From contig CBDDPY010000002.1 in assembly GCA_965232515.1 (NCBI GenBank), positions 6,272,001-6,336,000 on the forward strand: a DNA stretch of 64,000 nucleotides. Direction: 5' to 3'. Below are positions 32,628-44,284 of the stretch, piece after piece. The notes below the pieces were generated by a model that did not search any database, was not told where the DNA came from, and saw only the letters and a program-made list of their open reading frames with translations. A program made the translations under genes and the position numbers. Each line of letters opens with the position of its first letter. The stretch's first letter is position 1. The DNA comes from Alphaproteobacteria bacterium (GTDB lineage Bacteria > Pseudomonadota > Alphaproteobacteria > GCA-2731375).

Positions 32628-34481
32628 ATGGCATTCAGCGATCAGTTCCTCGACGAGATCCGGACCCGTGTACCGGTGTCCGATGTCGTCGGTCGGCGGG
32701 TCAAGCTGATCAAGCGGGGGCGCGAATATGTCGGCCTCAGCCCCTTCAACAGCGAAAAGACGCCTTCGTTCACGGTGAACGATCAGAAGCGGTTCTATCA
32801 CTGCTTCTCGAGCGGCGAGCATGGCGACGTCTTCACCTTCGTAATGAAGACGGAGGGATTGTCGTTTCCCGAGGCGGTGGAGCGGTTGGCGGCCGAAGCC
32901 GGTCTGGACGTGCCCAAGGATGCGCCGGAAGACCGCGCACGGGCCGAGCGCCGGGCCGGCCTGATCGAGGCCCAGGAAGCCGCGACGCAATGGTTTCAGG
33001 CCAAGCTGAACAGCCCGGCCGGCCGGCACGCCGCCGACTATCTGCGGGGACGCGGCCTCGACGCCGAAACCGTGGAGCATTTCCGGTTGGGCTTCGCGCC
33101 GGAACAGCGCACCATGCTGAAGGAAGCGCTGCTGGCGCGCGGCTTCACGGAAGAGGTGCTGATCGAGGCCGGCTTGCTGATCGCGCCCGAGGACGGCGGT
33201 GCGAGCTACGACCGGTTTCGCAACCGCGTCATGTTTCCGATCACCGACCGTCGAGGCCGGGTCATCGCATTCGGTGGCCGGACTCTTGGAGAGTCGCGCG
33301 CGAAGTATCTGAACTCGCCCGAAACCCCGGTCTTTCACAAGGGCAACGTGCTCTACAATCTCGGCCCGGCACGGCAGGCCGCCCACGAAACCGGGGTGGT
33401 GATCGTCACGGAAGGCTATATGGACGTCATCGCGCTGCATCGGGCGGGCTTCAAGCACGCCGTGGCGCCGCTGGGCACGGCCCTGACGGAAGCCCAGATC
33501 GCCGAACTCTGGCGGCTGGCGCCGGAACCCATCCTTTGTCTCGACGGCGACAATGCCGGTCGCCGGGCGGCCCAGCGCGCCGCCGAACGCGCGCTGCCGT
33601 TGCTGCAACCGGGGAAATCGCTGTGTTTCGCCGAGTTGCCGGCCGGCGACGACCCCGACAGCCTGTTGGCGTCCGAGGGACCGTCGGCATTGCAGCGCGT
33701 GCTGGATGCGGCCTCGCCCATGGCGGAGGTGCTGTGGCGCGGCGGCGCCGGCGGCGGGCGGCCGCTCGACACGCCGGAGCGGCGAGCCGGCTTGCGGCGC
33801 GATTTGGGCCGATTGGCCGCGGAAATCCGCGACGAGACGGTACGCACCTATTACCGTCAGTTTTTTGCTGAGAAAATGGACGGCCTGTTCGCCGGCAATC
33901 GGGCATCGACGCCGGTTTCCGGCGGCCAGCGCCGCGGCGGCCGTCATCGTACGTTTACCATAGAGAAACTACCTGCAAGACATAGTCTCGGGCAGGGTAG
34001 CGAGGCGCAGTCCGTTCGCCGGGAGCGGTTATTGACGGCGGTGTTGCTCAACCAACCGGCGCTACTTGAAGAGGTTTGGGAGGATTACGCTTCGTTAACC
34101 TTGTCCAGCCCCGCGCTTGACAGCCTACGGAATGCGATCATAAAACAGGCCGGTTTGGGCGAGCCCCTTGATATTGCTGGTTTAAAGGACAATCTCTCCG
34201 GCAGCGCACAGGCTGAGCTTATAAGCTTATCTGGGCCGAATGCGGCCGATTTGGAGCCATTTGCGCGTCTGGACGCAGATTTGAACGAGGCGAGGGCAGG
34301 TTGGGTGCAGACCCTTGGGCTGCACCGCTTGGAAGGGCTTCGCCTTGACCTGAACGCCGCCGCGGCTGTTCTGGCGCAGGACATGACGGAAGAGAATTAC
34401 GCGCGATACTTGGCTTTGAAGCAGGAATTCGACCGGGCACAGGGCGAGGCGACGTCACTGGATGCCGGTCAGAGAATCTAG
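32628..34481 (+). CDS. dnaG: DNA primase
   Basis: GLSPFNSEKTPSF...YHCFSSGEHGD, DRFRNRVMFPI, FGGR, KYLNSPET, EGYMDV, LDGDNAG, DPD. Confidence 0.97.
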   Translation: MAFSDQFLDEIRTRVPVSDVVGRRVKLIKRGREYVGLSPFNSEKTPSFTVNDQKRFYHCFSSGEHGDVFTFVMKTEGLSFPEAVERLAAEAGLDVPKDAPEDRARAERRAGLIEAQEAATQWFQAKLNSPAGRHAADYLRGRGLDAETVEHFRLGFAPEQRTMLKEALLARGFTEEVLIEAGLLIAPEDGGASYDRFRNRVMFPITDRRGRVIAFGGRTLGESRAKYLNSPETPVFHKGNVLYNLGPARQAAHETGVVIVTEGYMDVIALHRAGFKHAVAPLGTALTEAQIAELWRLAPEPILCLDGDNAGRRAAQRAAERALPLLQPGKSLCFAELPAGDDPDSLLASEGPSALQRVLDAASPMAEVLWRGGAGGGRPLDTPERRAGLRRDLGRLAAEIRDETVRTYYRQFFAEKMDGLFAGNRASTPVSGGQRRGGRHRTFTIEKLPARHSLGQGSEAQSVRRERLLTAVLLNQPALLEEVWEDYASLTLSSPALDSLRNAIIKQAGLGEPLDIAGLKDNLSGSAQAELISLSGPNAADLEPFARLDADLNEARAGWVQTLGLHRLEGLRLDLNAAAAVLAQDMTEENYARYLALKQEFDRAQGEATSLDAGQRI

Positions 34482-34548
34482 TGGAAGCGTGCGATTGATG
34501 GCGGCAGCGACATTCACCATTTCAAACGATTGGCGGGAGTAAGGCCCT

Positions 34549-36537
<1,989 letters not shown>

Positions 36538-36557
36538 ATTGCGTTGATAATCAGCGC

Positions 36558-37076
36558 CTAAGGGCCGGGGCTGTCGCTCCGGCCCTTTTTGTTGCGCGTG
36601 CCGCGCCGTCCGGCGATGACGACCGCCACCGGTACCTTGAGCAGCTCGTAGGCAATCCAGGTCAGGCCCAGCCCGGCGCCGCCATAGGCGAGACTGACCG
36701 GATCGAGCGGCAAGGCCGGCTGAAACGCCGCGAAGGTGGTGCGCGCAATCTCGCCGTCGATATGCCGCAGGAACACGAATGGCTTGGCGAAGGGATCGGC
36801 CGCCGCGATGGCGTCGTACGCGGAGGCCAGGGCCTCGACACGCGCCCGCGCGGCCTCGGCAAGCTGCGCGCGCGTGGTCTCGTCGACCGCGCGGTAGAGC
36901 GTGCCGTCGCGGATCAGGAGGTGATTGGCTTCCGCCTCTTCCAGCCGGCCGCCCAGCCGCTGCCGGTACTGCTGCAGAAAGGCCAGGAACTGCGACGCGG
37001 CGATGCCGCCCAGCGCCGCGAACATGGCGGCGACCAGGGAATCGAGTTTACGAAAGAGCCAGCGCATGTGCGGCAT
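36558..37076 (-). CDS. DUF2937-like membrane protein
   Basis: N-terminal TM, SQF..F.QQYRQRLGG, T...FQPALP then C-terminal TM. Confidence 0.7.
   Translation of the reverse strand: MPHMRWLFRKLDSLVAAMFAALGGIAASQFLAFLQQYRQRLGGRLEEAEANHLLIRDGTLYRAVDETTRAQLAEAARARVEALASAYDAIAAADPFAKPFVFLRHIDGEIARTTFAAFQPALPLDPVSLAYGGAGLGLTWIAYELLKVPVAVVIAGRRGTRNKKGRSDSPGP
36560..36592 (+). terminator. Rho-independent terminator of rpoD
   Basis: AGGGCCGGGGC-TGTC-GCTCCGGCCCT followed by a T run, about 20 nt after the rpoD stop. Confidence 0.75.
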
Positions 37077-37185
37077 GTCTAACGCGTATGGCGCGTGATG
37101 CCCAGCCCACGCGGAGGTGGCTTTTGTCGGTCATCGCCAGTTGCTATAACCCCGCAGCCGCTGACGGAGGCAAATGCCGCCACAA

Positions 37186-37262
37186 GGGCCCGTAGCTCAA
37201 CTGGTTAGAGCCGGCCGCTCATAACGGTCTGGTTGCAGGTTCGAGTCCTGCCGGGCCCACCA
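37186..37262 (+). tRNA. tRNA-Ile2 (CAT anticodon, lysidine type)
   Basis: 77-nt cloverleaf GGGCCCG...CTCATAA...GGTTCGAGTCC...CGGGCCCACCA with encoded CCA; paired 1:72 and no GGG/CCC anticodon stem, so not initiator; Ile2 rather than elongator Met is inferred from sequence pattern and position after rpoD. Confidence 0.9.
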
Positions 37263-37318
37263 CCCTTCGCCCTGCGGGCTTCGGGTGGCAAGCCACCCGA
37301 CGACAATTCAACGTCGCG

Positions 37319-38641
37319 TTAGTTGAAGCCCTGGATCTGGGCCGGCAGATAGGTCGCCAGCGCCGGGAACAGCAGGACCAGCAGCAGGACGATGGCCTGG
37401 CAGGTGATGAAGGGCATGACGCCGCGGTACATGTCGCCGAAGGTGATTTCCGGCGGCGCGATCGAGCGCAGATAGAAGATCGAGGGCGCCATCGGCGGCG
37501 TCAGATAGGACGTCTGGATGACGATGATCATCACCGTCGCGAACCAGATGGGATCGACGCCCTGATCGCTGAGGATCGGCAGGAAGATCGGCAGCGTGAT
37601 CAGCACCACCGAGACCCAGTCGAGGATGAATCCGGCGATAAAGACCAGCAGCAGCAGCACGCCGACGACGCCCCAGCTTGGCAGGTCGAGCGCGGACACC
37701 AGACCCTGCACCAGCTGGTTGCCCTGATGCAGCCGGAAGATGCCGGCGAAGATGTTGCCGCCGACGACGATCAGCAGGATCATGCAGTTGATCAGCAGGG
37801 TTCGCCGGAGCGTATCCGCCAACACGGCGAAGGAGAAACGGCCGTAGGCGATCGTCAGCACGACGGCGCCGAGCGCGCCGATGGAGGCGGCTTCGGTCGG
37901 CGTAGCGACACCGAATATGATCGCGCCCAGGACCGCGCCAATCAGGCCGATCGCCGGCACCATGCCGGTCGCGGTGATCTTCAGCTTTTCGCCGAGCGGC
38001 AGGTCCGTGCCTTCCGTGACCGCCGGCGAGCCCTCGGGCTTGAGCAGCGCGCGGGCCAGGATATAGCCGAGGAACAGCGCCACCATGATGCCGGCTGGAA
38101 TCAACACGGCGGCGAACAGCTTGCCGACCGACTGGTTCGAGATCGAGGCGTAGATCACCACGACGATCGACGGCGGCACCATGGTGCCGAGCGAGCCGCC
38201 GGCGCAGATCGTGCCGGCGATCAGCGAGCGGTCGTAGGCGTAGCGCATCATGATCGGGATCGCCATCACGCCGATCACGACCTCGACGGCGCCGACAATG
38301 CCGGTCGACGCGGCGATCACCGCCGCCATGCCGATGGTCGCCAGCGAAAGGCCGCCGGGCAGCCGGCCGAGCCAGACCTGCATCGCCCGAAACAGCCGCT
38401 CGGATATGCCGGAGGACTCCAGCATCACCCCCATGAACACAAAGGCGGGCACCGCCGAGAGCAGGAATTGGGACGCGGTGTGCTGAATGACGCCGTAGAT
38501 CTGCAGCGAGGCCAAAGCGCCGAAGGCAGGCAAGGCCATGAGGAACGCCGTGGCGATCAGCGCGAAGGCGACGGGGATGCCGAGGAAGACGAACAGGAAA
38601 AGCAGCGGAAACATCAACGCCGCGAGCGTTTGGCCGTCCAT
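37319..38641 (-). CDS. TRAP transporter large permease (DctM)
   Basis: GIPVAFAL, AVPAFVFMG, GGSLGTMVPPS, ATPTEAASIG, QTSYLTPPM. Confidence 0.93.
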   Translation of the reverse strand: MDGQTLAALMFPLLFLFVFLGIPVAFALIATAFLMALPAFGALASLQIYGVIQHTASQFLLSAVPAFVFMGVMLESSGISERLFRAMQVWLGRLPGGLSLATIGMAAVIAASTGIVGAVEVVIGVMAIPIMMRYAYDRSLIAGTICAGGSLGTMVPPSIVVVIYASISNQSVGKLFAAVLIPAGIMVALFLGYILARALLKPEGSPAVTEGTDLPLGEKLKITATGMVPAIGLIGAVLGAIIFGVATPTEAASIGALGAVVLTIAYGRFSFAVLADTLRRTLLINCMILLIVVGGNIFAGIFRLHQGNQLVQGLVSALDLPSWGVVGVLLLLVFIAGFILDWVSVVLITLPIFLPILSDQGVDPIWFATVMIIVIQTSYLTPPMAPSIFYLRSIAPPEITFGDMYRGVMPFITCQAIVLLLVLLFPALATYLPAQIQGFN

Positions 38642-38644
38642 GCG

Positions 38645-39199
38645 TCAGGCTGCCGTTTGCTCGCGTGCGCTCGGCGCGGGCACCGCCTCGGGCCGCCACA
38701 GACCGATCAGATGCCGGACCGCTTCGATCAGCACCTGCAAGGCGAAGCTGGTGAGGCCGATCGCGATACCGGTCAGGAACGGCCAGATCAGCGGCTCCCA
38801 GGCGCTCATGCTTTCAAGCGTGCCCCGCTCATAGGCCTTTGCCGCCTTGCCGATGGCAAAGTTGGCCGTCATGGCCAGCGCCGGGAGAAAGATACCGAGA
38901 TAAAAGGCCGCGTTGATCGCGTGCTGCACACGCAGCGGCAATCGCGATGAGGCGAAGTCGATGCGGACATGCTGGTTCGCGCGCAACGTAAACGCCGCGC
39001 CCAGCAGGAAGAGCGTGCCATTGAACATGTAGGAGACCGTGTTCGCCCACATCGTCGGCGCGTTGAAGCCGCGCCGGGCGACGACCTCCCAGATCATGGC
39101 GCCGATCATCAACAGCATCAGCAGCATGGCGATCACGCCAAGCCAGCGCCCGACCTGGTCAAGGCCGCGCAGGATTTTCAGAATGGATTCGGTGCTCAC
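38645..39199 (-). CDS. TRAP transporter small permease (DctQ)
   Basis: 4 TM, EVVARRGFNAPTMWA, NQHVRID; between dctP and dctM. Confidence 0.9.
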   Translation of the reverse strand: MSTESILKILRGLDQVGRWLGVIAMLLMLLMIGAMIWEVVARRGFNAPTMWANTVSYMFNGTLFLLGAAFTLRANQHVRIDFASSRLPLRVQHAINAAFYLGIFLPALAMTANFAIGKAAKAYERGTLESMSAWEPLIWPFLTGIAIGLTSFALQVLIEAVRHLIGLWRPEAVPAPSAREQTAA

Positions 39200-39273
39200 C
39201 CGGCCCCCATCCCGGCACGCCGGGCACCCTTCATGCGAAGTGCGCCCGGCGGCCTACGATGCCGGCAAATCGG

Positions 39274-40338
39274 TCAGTCGCGATGGTCGACGACCATATA
39301 CTTGGCGTTGGCCTGCCACTTTTCCTGAAAGGCGATGATCGACTCGATCGCCTGCATGGGATAGGGGTTGCCCTTGGCGGCGGCCTCTTCGGCCACCTTC
39401 TTGGCCCAAGCGCGCGAAGCTTCCCGGGACTTCGCCACGAAGTCGTCCGACAGGCGGATGAACTCGTTGTTGCCGCCCTGCAGTTTTTCCATGGCGTCGA
39501 GGTCGGACATGATGAAGCGGTTCATGCCGTCATAGGTCGTCAGCCGGGCCGCGGTCTCGATCGCCTGCTGGATGTCCTTCGGCAGCTCGTTCCACTTGTC
39601 GAGCAGCACGACGCCCTCGAAGGCCCAGGCGCCGGCATGGATGCCGGGGTAGATGATGTAGGGCGCCACCTCCTGGTAGCCGAGCTTGATATTCTCGCCG
39701 GGCGTCGAGTACTCGGTCATGTCGAGACCGCGCTTTTCCAGCATGCCGTAGATCTCGGGGCCGGGGACGGTCGTGGGCGAGGCCTGGAAGTACTCTTTGA
39801 CGATGGCAGCCCAGTTGCCGAGCGTGCGGTACTTGACGTTGGCGAGGTCGCCGACATTCTCGATCTTGATATGGCTGTGCGCGAAGAACTCCGACGGTCC
39901 GGCGCCGAGCACGAAGCTGTGCATGCCCATCTTGTCGGCGCGGTGCGCCTTCAGGATCTGTTCGCCGCCGCCATAGTAGAGCCAGGGCACCATCGAATCG
40001 ACGCCGAGCCCGGTCGGAAAGCCGAGGATCATGGCGTTGATCGGGTCCTTGGTGCCAAGGAAGGCCGGCGGCATCATCGCCATCTCGACCAGACCGTCGT
40101 CGACCTGCTCGTAGATCTTAAAGATGTTGCCGAGCGTGCCGCCTGGTAGCGGTTCGAGCTTCATGCGCCCCGCGGTGAGCTGTTCGACCAGATCGACAAA
40201 GGGCAGCATGAAGTTGTTCCAGTACGAGCCGGTCTCGCCGTCGAACGTCGCGACCCGCCACTTGTATTCCTGTGCGTTGGCCGTGGTAGCCGCCAGCACC
40301 AAGACGGCTGCGGCGGCCAATCCCTTAAAGATCTTCAT
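39274..40338 (-). CDS. TRAP transporter substrate-binding protein (DctP)
   Basis: Sec signal, TAGRMKLE, DLANVKYRTLG, EIYGMLEKRGLD; heads dctQM. Confidence 0.88.
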   Translation of the reverse strand: MKIFKGLAAAAVLVLAATTANAQEYKWRVATFDGETGSYWNNFMLPFVDLVEQLTAGRMKLEPLPGGTLGNIFKIYEQVDDGLVEMAMMPPAFLGTKDPINAMILGFPTGLGVDSMVPWLYYGGGEQILKAHRADKMGMHSFVLGAGPSEFFAHSHIKIENVGDLANVKYRTLGNWAAIVKEYFQASPTTVPGPEIYGMLEKRGLDMTEYSTPGENIKLGYQEVAPYIIYPGIHAGAWAFEGVVLLDKWNELPKDIQQAIETAARLTTYDGMNRFIMSDLDAMEKLQGGNNEFIRLSDDFVAKSREASRAWAKKVAEEAAAKGNPYPMQAIESIIAFQEKWQANAKYMVVDHRD

Positions 40339-40595
40339 CCCCGTTCTCCCTTTTCTTGTCACTCGGCCGATACAATCTACGCTCGTTGCCTGTGCTTGCG
40401 GGCTCGCAGGCCGTCGCCAAGGCCATTCACGGCCTTGGTTCGGACCGCTCTTCTAGATTTTCCGGATGCCGCCCAATCGGCGAATGGCGGCCGCGCCTCC
40501 CATAACTGTCCCGTCACCCCGCAAACCGACGCTTATCTTAAGAGGCAGTGGGGGTATTTTCACCCTTAAGATTCCCGCCGCGTTTTTGCCGGTCG

Positions 40596-41375
40596 CTACG
40601 CATCGCACCCGGCCCGGATTTGTGTGAGGCCTGCTTTCACGGCATCGCCCCAGGCCCAGGCGTCGGCCGAGTAAGCGATGAAGTCGAAGCCCTGCTTGTA
40701 GAGCGCGATGGCATCGGCGACGTCCGGCACCAGGCGTCCGGCCGACGTGTTCGTCGCCTTGCAGGCGTCGATCACAGCGGCAATGGCGTCCGTGAAAGCG
40801 GGATTGTCGAACTCGCCGGGAATGCCGAGCGAGCAGGACAAGTCGAAATGCCCGACCCATAGGCAATCGACGTCGGGCAACGCGGCGATGTCCTTGGCGT
40901 TCTCGACCCCTTCGGCGGTCTCGATTTGCGCAAAGAAGGCCGTGCGCGCGTTGGCCTCGGACAGCTTGTCCAAGGTCGGACCGGCGGTGTAGCGGTCATG
41001 GGCGCTGCGCAGGATCACGCCCCGGCCGCCGGCCGGCGGATACTTGATGCAATGGATGATCGCTTCGGCCTCGGCGGCGGTGCTGACCATCGGCAGCATC
41101 ACGGCTTCGGCGCCCGCGTCCAGCGTGCGGGCAATGTCCTTATAGTCCTTGGACGGCACCCGAACGACCGTCGGTACGCCGGCCGCCCGCATATAGGCGA
41201 CGACATTCTTGACCGTTTCGACCCCATAGCCGCTGTGCTCCGTGTCGAAGATCACGAAGTCGCAGGTCGCTTCCTTCATGATGTAGCCGATGCCTGATGT
41301 GTTGAACTCGAACAGGAAGTGCCCGGCTTTCAGATCGCGGTTGCCGGCCATGGATTTGAGCGCTGTTTCGGTCAT
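40596..41375 (-). CDS. HpcH/HpaI class II aldolase family protein
   Basis: DFVIFDTEHS, VVRVP, LDAGAEAVMLPMV, KYPPAGGRG, AQIETAEG, WVGHFDLS. Confidence 0.9.
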   Translation of the reverse strand: MTETALKSMAGNRDLKAGHFLFEFNTSGIGYIMKEATCDFVIFDTEHSGYGVETVKNVVAYMRAAGVPTVVRVPSKDYKDIARTLDAGAEAVMLPMVSTAAEAEAIIHCIKYPPAGGRGVILRSAHDRYTAGPTLDKLSEANARTAFFAQIETAEGVENAKDIAALPDVDCLWVGHFDLSCSLGIPGEFDNPAFTDAIAAVIDACKATNTSAGRLVPDVADAIALYKQGFDFIAYSADAWAWGDAVKAGLTQIRAGCDA

Positions 41376-41574
41376 GTCTGCGTCTTTCGCCTTTTCTCGC
41401 TCTCGATGTCGTCGAGCACACAGTCTAACCCCGTCGGCGGGCGGAGGCAGTCACGGTTGCGATTGTCGCGCCGGTTGGCGGTGTCGCCACTTTCTGCTGA
41501 TATAGGCCGAACATTCGATGACGGCGGAAGCGCGGCGCGCCCGCCACCCCCAACAACACTGCGGAGGCGAGGCG

Positions 41575-42183
41575 ATGAAACTCTATGACCTGAAGGCTGG
41601 CATGAACCCACGGCGGGTGCGGATCTTTCTTGCCGAAAAAGGCATCGAGGTGCCGAAGGTCGACGTCGACATGATGAAGGGCGAGAACGCGACACCTGCG
41701 TTCCTGGCGTTGAATCCACTCGGCAAGCTGCCGGTCCTGGAGCTGGACGACGGCACCATCCTGACCGAGTCCATGGCGATCTGCCGCTACTTCGAGGAGC
41801 TGCATCCCGAGCCGCCGCTGTTTGGTCGCGACGCGTTGGAACGCGCGAAGGTCGAGATGTGGAACCGGCGCATGGAGCTGGAGATCGCCTATCCGATGAC
41901 GCAAGTCTTCCAGCATGGCTACGAGTTCTGGAAGGACCGCATCACCCAGGTCCCCGCCTTCGGCGAGGTCTGCCGCGAAAAGCTGCGGGACCGCATGAAC
42001 TGGCTCGACGGCGAGTTGGCCGATCGGGATTACATCGTCGGCGACAGCTACACCGTCGCCGATATCACCGCGCAGTGCGGCCTGCTGATGGGCAAAGCCG
42101 TCGATATGCGGATCCCTGAAGCACTGGAGAACCTGTCGCGCTGGTTCGAAAGCGTTGTGTCGCGGCCAACCGCGCGCGCCTGA
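41575..42183 (+). CDS. Glutathione S-transferase family protein
   Basis: NPRRVRIFLAEKG, LNPLGKLPVL, LTESMAICRY, YTVADIT. Confidence 0.92.
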   Translation: MKLYDLKAGMNPRRVRIFLAEKGIEVPKVDVDMMKGENATPAFLALNPLGKLPVLELDDGTILTESMAICRYFEELHPEPPLFGRDALERAKVEMWNRRMELEIAYPMTQVFQHGYEFWKDRITQVPAFGEVCREKLRDRMNWLDGELADRDYIVGDSYTVADITAQCGLLMGKAVDMRIPEALENLSRWFESVVSRPTARA

Positions 42184-42186
42184 GCC

Positions 42187-42960
42187 ATGGCTTTCGATCA
42201 TCTCGGTGTGACGGTTGAGGACCGGATCGGCTGGCTGGAATACAACCGACCGCCGGTCAACGCGTTCACGATGGAGATGGTTCGCGAAGTCTCCGAGGCT
42301 TTGGACCAGTTGCTTGCCGATCCGCAAGTGCGGGTTCTCGTCATCGCCAGCGCTGTCGAAAGCTATTTCAGCGCCGGTGCCGATCTGACGGTCTTCGACG
42401 GCATTGGCGAGGCCGGCATGCGCGCCTGGGTCGAGGACGTGCATGGCATCGTCCGCAAGATGCGGGCGGCCGACAAGCCGCTGCTGGCCGCGATCAACGG
42501 CACGGCGGTCGGCGGCGGGCTTGAGATGACGCTGCATTGCGACGTGCGGTTTGCCGCCGCCGACGCCCGCCTCGGCCAGCCCGAGATCAACATCGCCTTC
42601 ATCCCGCCGATCGGCGCCACCCAGGCGCTGGCGCGGCTAATCGGCCGGCCGCGGGCGATCCGTTACCTCTACGAGGGTCGCCTGCTGCCGGCCGCCGAAG
42701 CCCTCGACATCGGGCTGGTCGATGTCGTCGTGCCGCCGGACCAGTTGCGGGCGGAGGTGCGCGCCTACGCGCTCGATCTGGCGGCCAAGCCGGCGGGCGC
42801 GCTGGCCGCGATCCGACGCACCATCACCGAAGGCGGTGGCAGGACATTCGACGAGGGCTTGGCGATGGAGGCGGAGGCCGTCGTGGCCCTCGCCGCCCAT
42901 CCCGATTTCGCCGAGGGCGTGCGCGCCTTCCTCGAAAAGCGCAAACCCAACTGGTCCTGA
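42187..42960 (+). CDS. Enoyl-CoA hydratase/isomerase family protein
   Basis: NRPPVNA, FSAGADL, AAINGTAVGGGLE, GQPEI, EGVRAFLEKR. Confidence 0.92.
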   Translation: MAFDHLGVTVEDRIGWLEYNRPPVNAFTMEMVREVSEALDQLLADPQVRVLVIASAVESYFSAGADLTVFDGIGEAGMRAWVEDVHGIVRKMRAADKPLLAAINGTAVGGGLEMTLHCDVRFAAADARLGQPEINIAFIPPIGATQALARLIGRPRAIRYLYEGRLLPAAEALDIGLVDVVVPPDQLRAEVRAYALDLAAKPAGALAAIRRTITEGGGRTFDEGLAMEAEAVVALAAHPDFAEGVRAFLEKRKPNWS

Positions 42961-42969
42961 TCGACGCGG

Positions 42970-44076
42970 CTATCGCTGCAGCGCCGAGTGGAAGCGGTCG
43001 ATCCCAAGGTCCTGCCGCAATTCCACGGTGTCCGCCGCCTTGGCGTCCTCCAACGGGATGCCGGTCGAGTCCGCGACCCGATCGATGGCGTTGAACAGGC
43101 CGGCGACGGCGGCCGCATCCACCAGCGCGTCGTCGCCGATTTGCTGCCGGATGCGGTCGCGCAGCTCGGCCAGGGCTTGATCGTTGTCACCGATCGCGGC
43201 TTCGGCAAAGGCCGTCAGCAGGGCGCCGTGGGCGATCCCGCCGTCGCCTGCGGCTTCGCCCGTCACGGCCTGCAGGTCCAGTTCGTCACCAGTATGAGCG
43301 CTGCTCGCACGGAGCAACTGAGCATGACTGGTGGTTCAATAGACGCAGCCGTTGAGGGCCGATACCCGGCCGGCGATCAGCTCGATCTGCGCATGATCGA
43401 TGGCCCGGAACTCGCGGTCGAAGTCGCGCATGGCTGCGCCCGGCAGATACTGGGTTTCGACGATATCGAAAAAACCGCGCACCTCGTCGGGCACCAGGCT
43501 AAGGGCGCGCCGGATGTGGGCGCCTGTGGTGCCGCCGTAGAGATCCGCCTCGGCGTCGCCGGCGTCCTCCGGCGCGATCCACGGCACCCAGGCGGGGCCC
43601 GGTTTGGCGCCGGCGGGCCGATAATTGGTCGGCGCGCCGTCCATGGGTTCGGGCAACGGCAGCGGTTCGACACCGATGCCTCGGGCAAAGGTGTCCACGG
43701 CGACGATGTTGGCCAGTACGCCGATGATCTCGACATACTGCCCATCGCTCAGGCCATCGGCCCGAACACTGTCGAACCAGCGCCGGGTCAGCCGGCCCGG
43801 GTCCGTCCGGACTCGATGGATGACCTCGACAATCGGGGCGCCGAGAACGCCCAGGCTTTGGTGTTCGCCATCGATGGCATAGGGCGACAGCGCGGCTTTC
43901 CGTTCCCGGCAAAGCGGGCAGGCGGTGGCGTTGCGGGCCTCGGCCGCGATCGCCACCCGCTCGGCGCCGGTGAACCAGGCACCGGGCCTGGCCAGGCGAT
44001 GCCAGGCGCGCGTATGGGCCGCAGTCAGGTCGGCCCGCACCGCGAATGGCGCGGTTTCATAGTTAATTTCTGTCAT
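42970..44076 (-). CDS. AhpD-related (seleno)protein, 368 aa with in-frame UGA at codon 247 (43338-43336)
   Basis: ORFs 43336-44100 and 42970-43317 are in one frame separated only by TGA; read-through gives QIELIAGRVSALNGCVY-U-TTSH, the AhpD CxxCxxxH motif; SECIS-like hairpin follows. Confidence 0.8.
43287..43335 (-). promoter_or_regulatory. Bacterial SECIS-like stem-loop
   Basis: 3' of UGA: lower stem CACCAGT/ACTGGTG plus ATG/CAT, upper stem GTTGCTC/GAGCAGC, loop CGTGC starting 24 nt after UGA. Confidence 0.7.
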
Positions 44077-44284
44077 TACGGATCCTCTCCTCGTGCCCAA
44101 AGCCTAGGGCAGACCAGTGGCCAGTTCGAGCGGAAATCGAGCCCGGCGGCGGGCGTGACGCCAGGACGATCGCGAACGGTCGCAAACGGATTAGTCAATG
44201 TCGCTCGAAAGCCAGTTGCGGCCGGCGGTCGGGCGCAACGTGGGCGTCGAAAATCGGTGTTCCCCTGGCAGAGGATCTTGGGTG

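Noticed and set aside
32700-32830. DnaG zinc-binding region lacking most Cys/His ligands (LSPFN...CFSS)
   Set aside because: A common variant in alphaproteobacterial primases, not specific to this genome.
42970-43317. Independent 115-aa gene
   Set aside because: TTG start without SD and in frame with the upstream gene; better explained by UGA read-through.
44178-44204. GGTCGC/TGTCGC direct repeat at 21-bp spacing resembling GbdR/ArgR boxes (similar GTCG pair at 8103-8127)
   Set aside because: Too short and degenerate in GC-rich DNA to support without comparative data.
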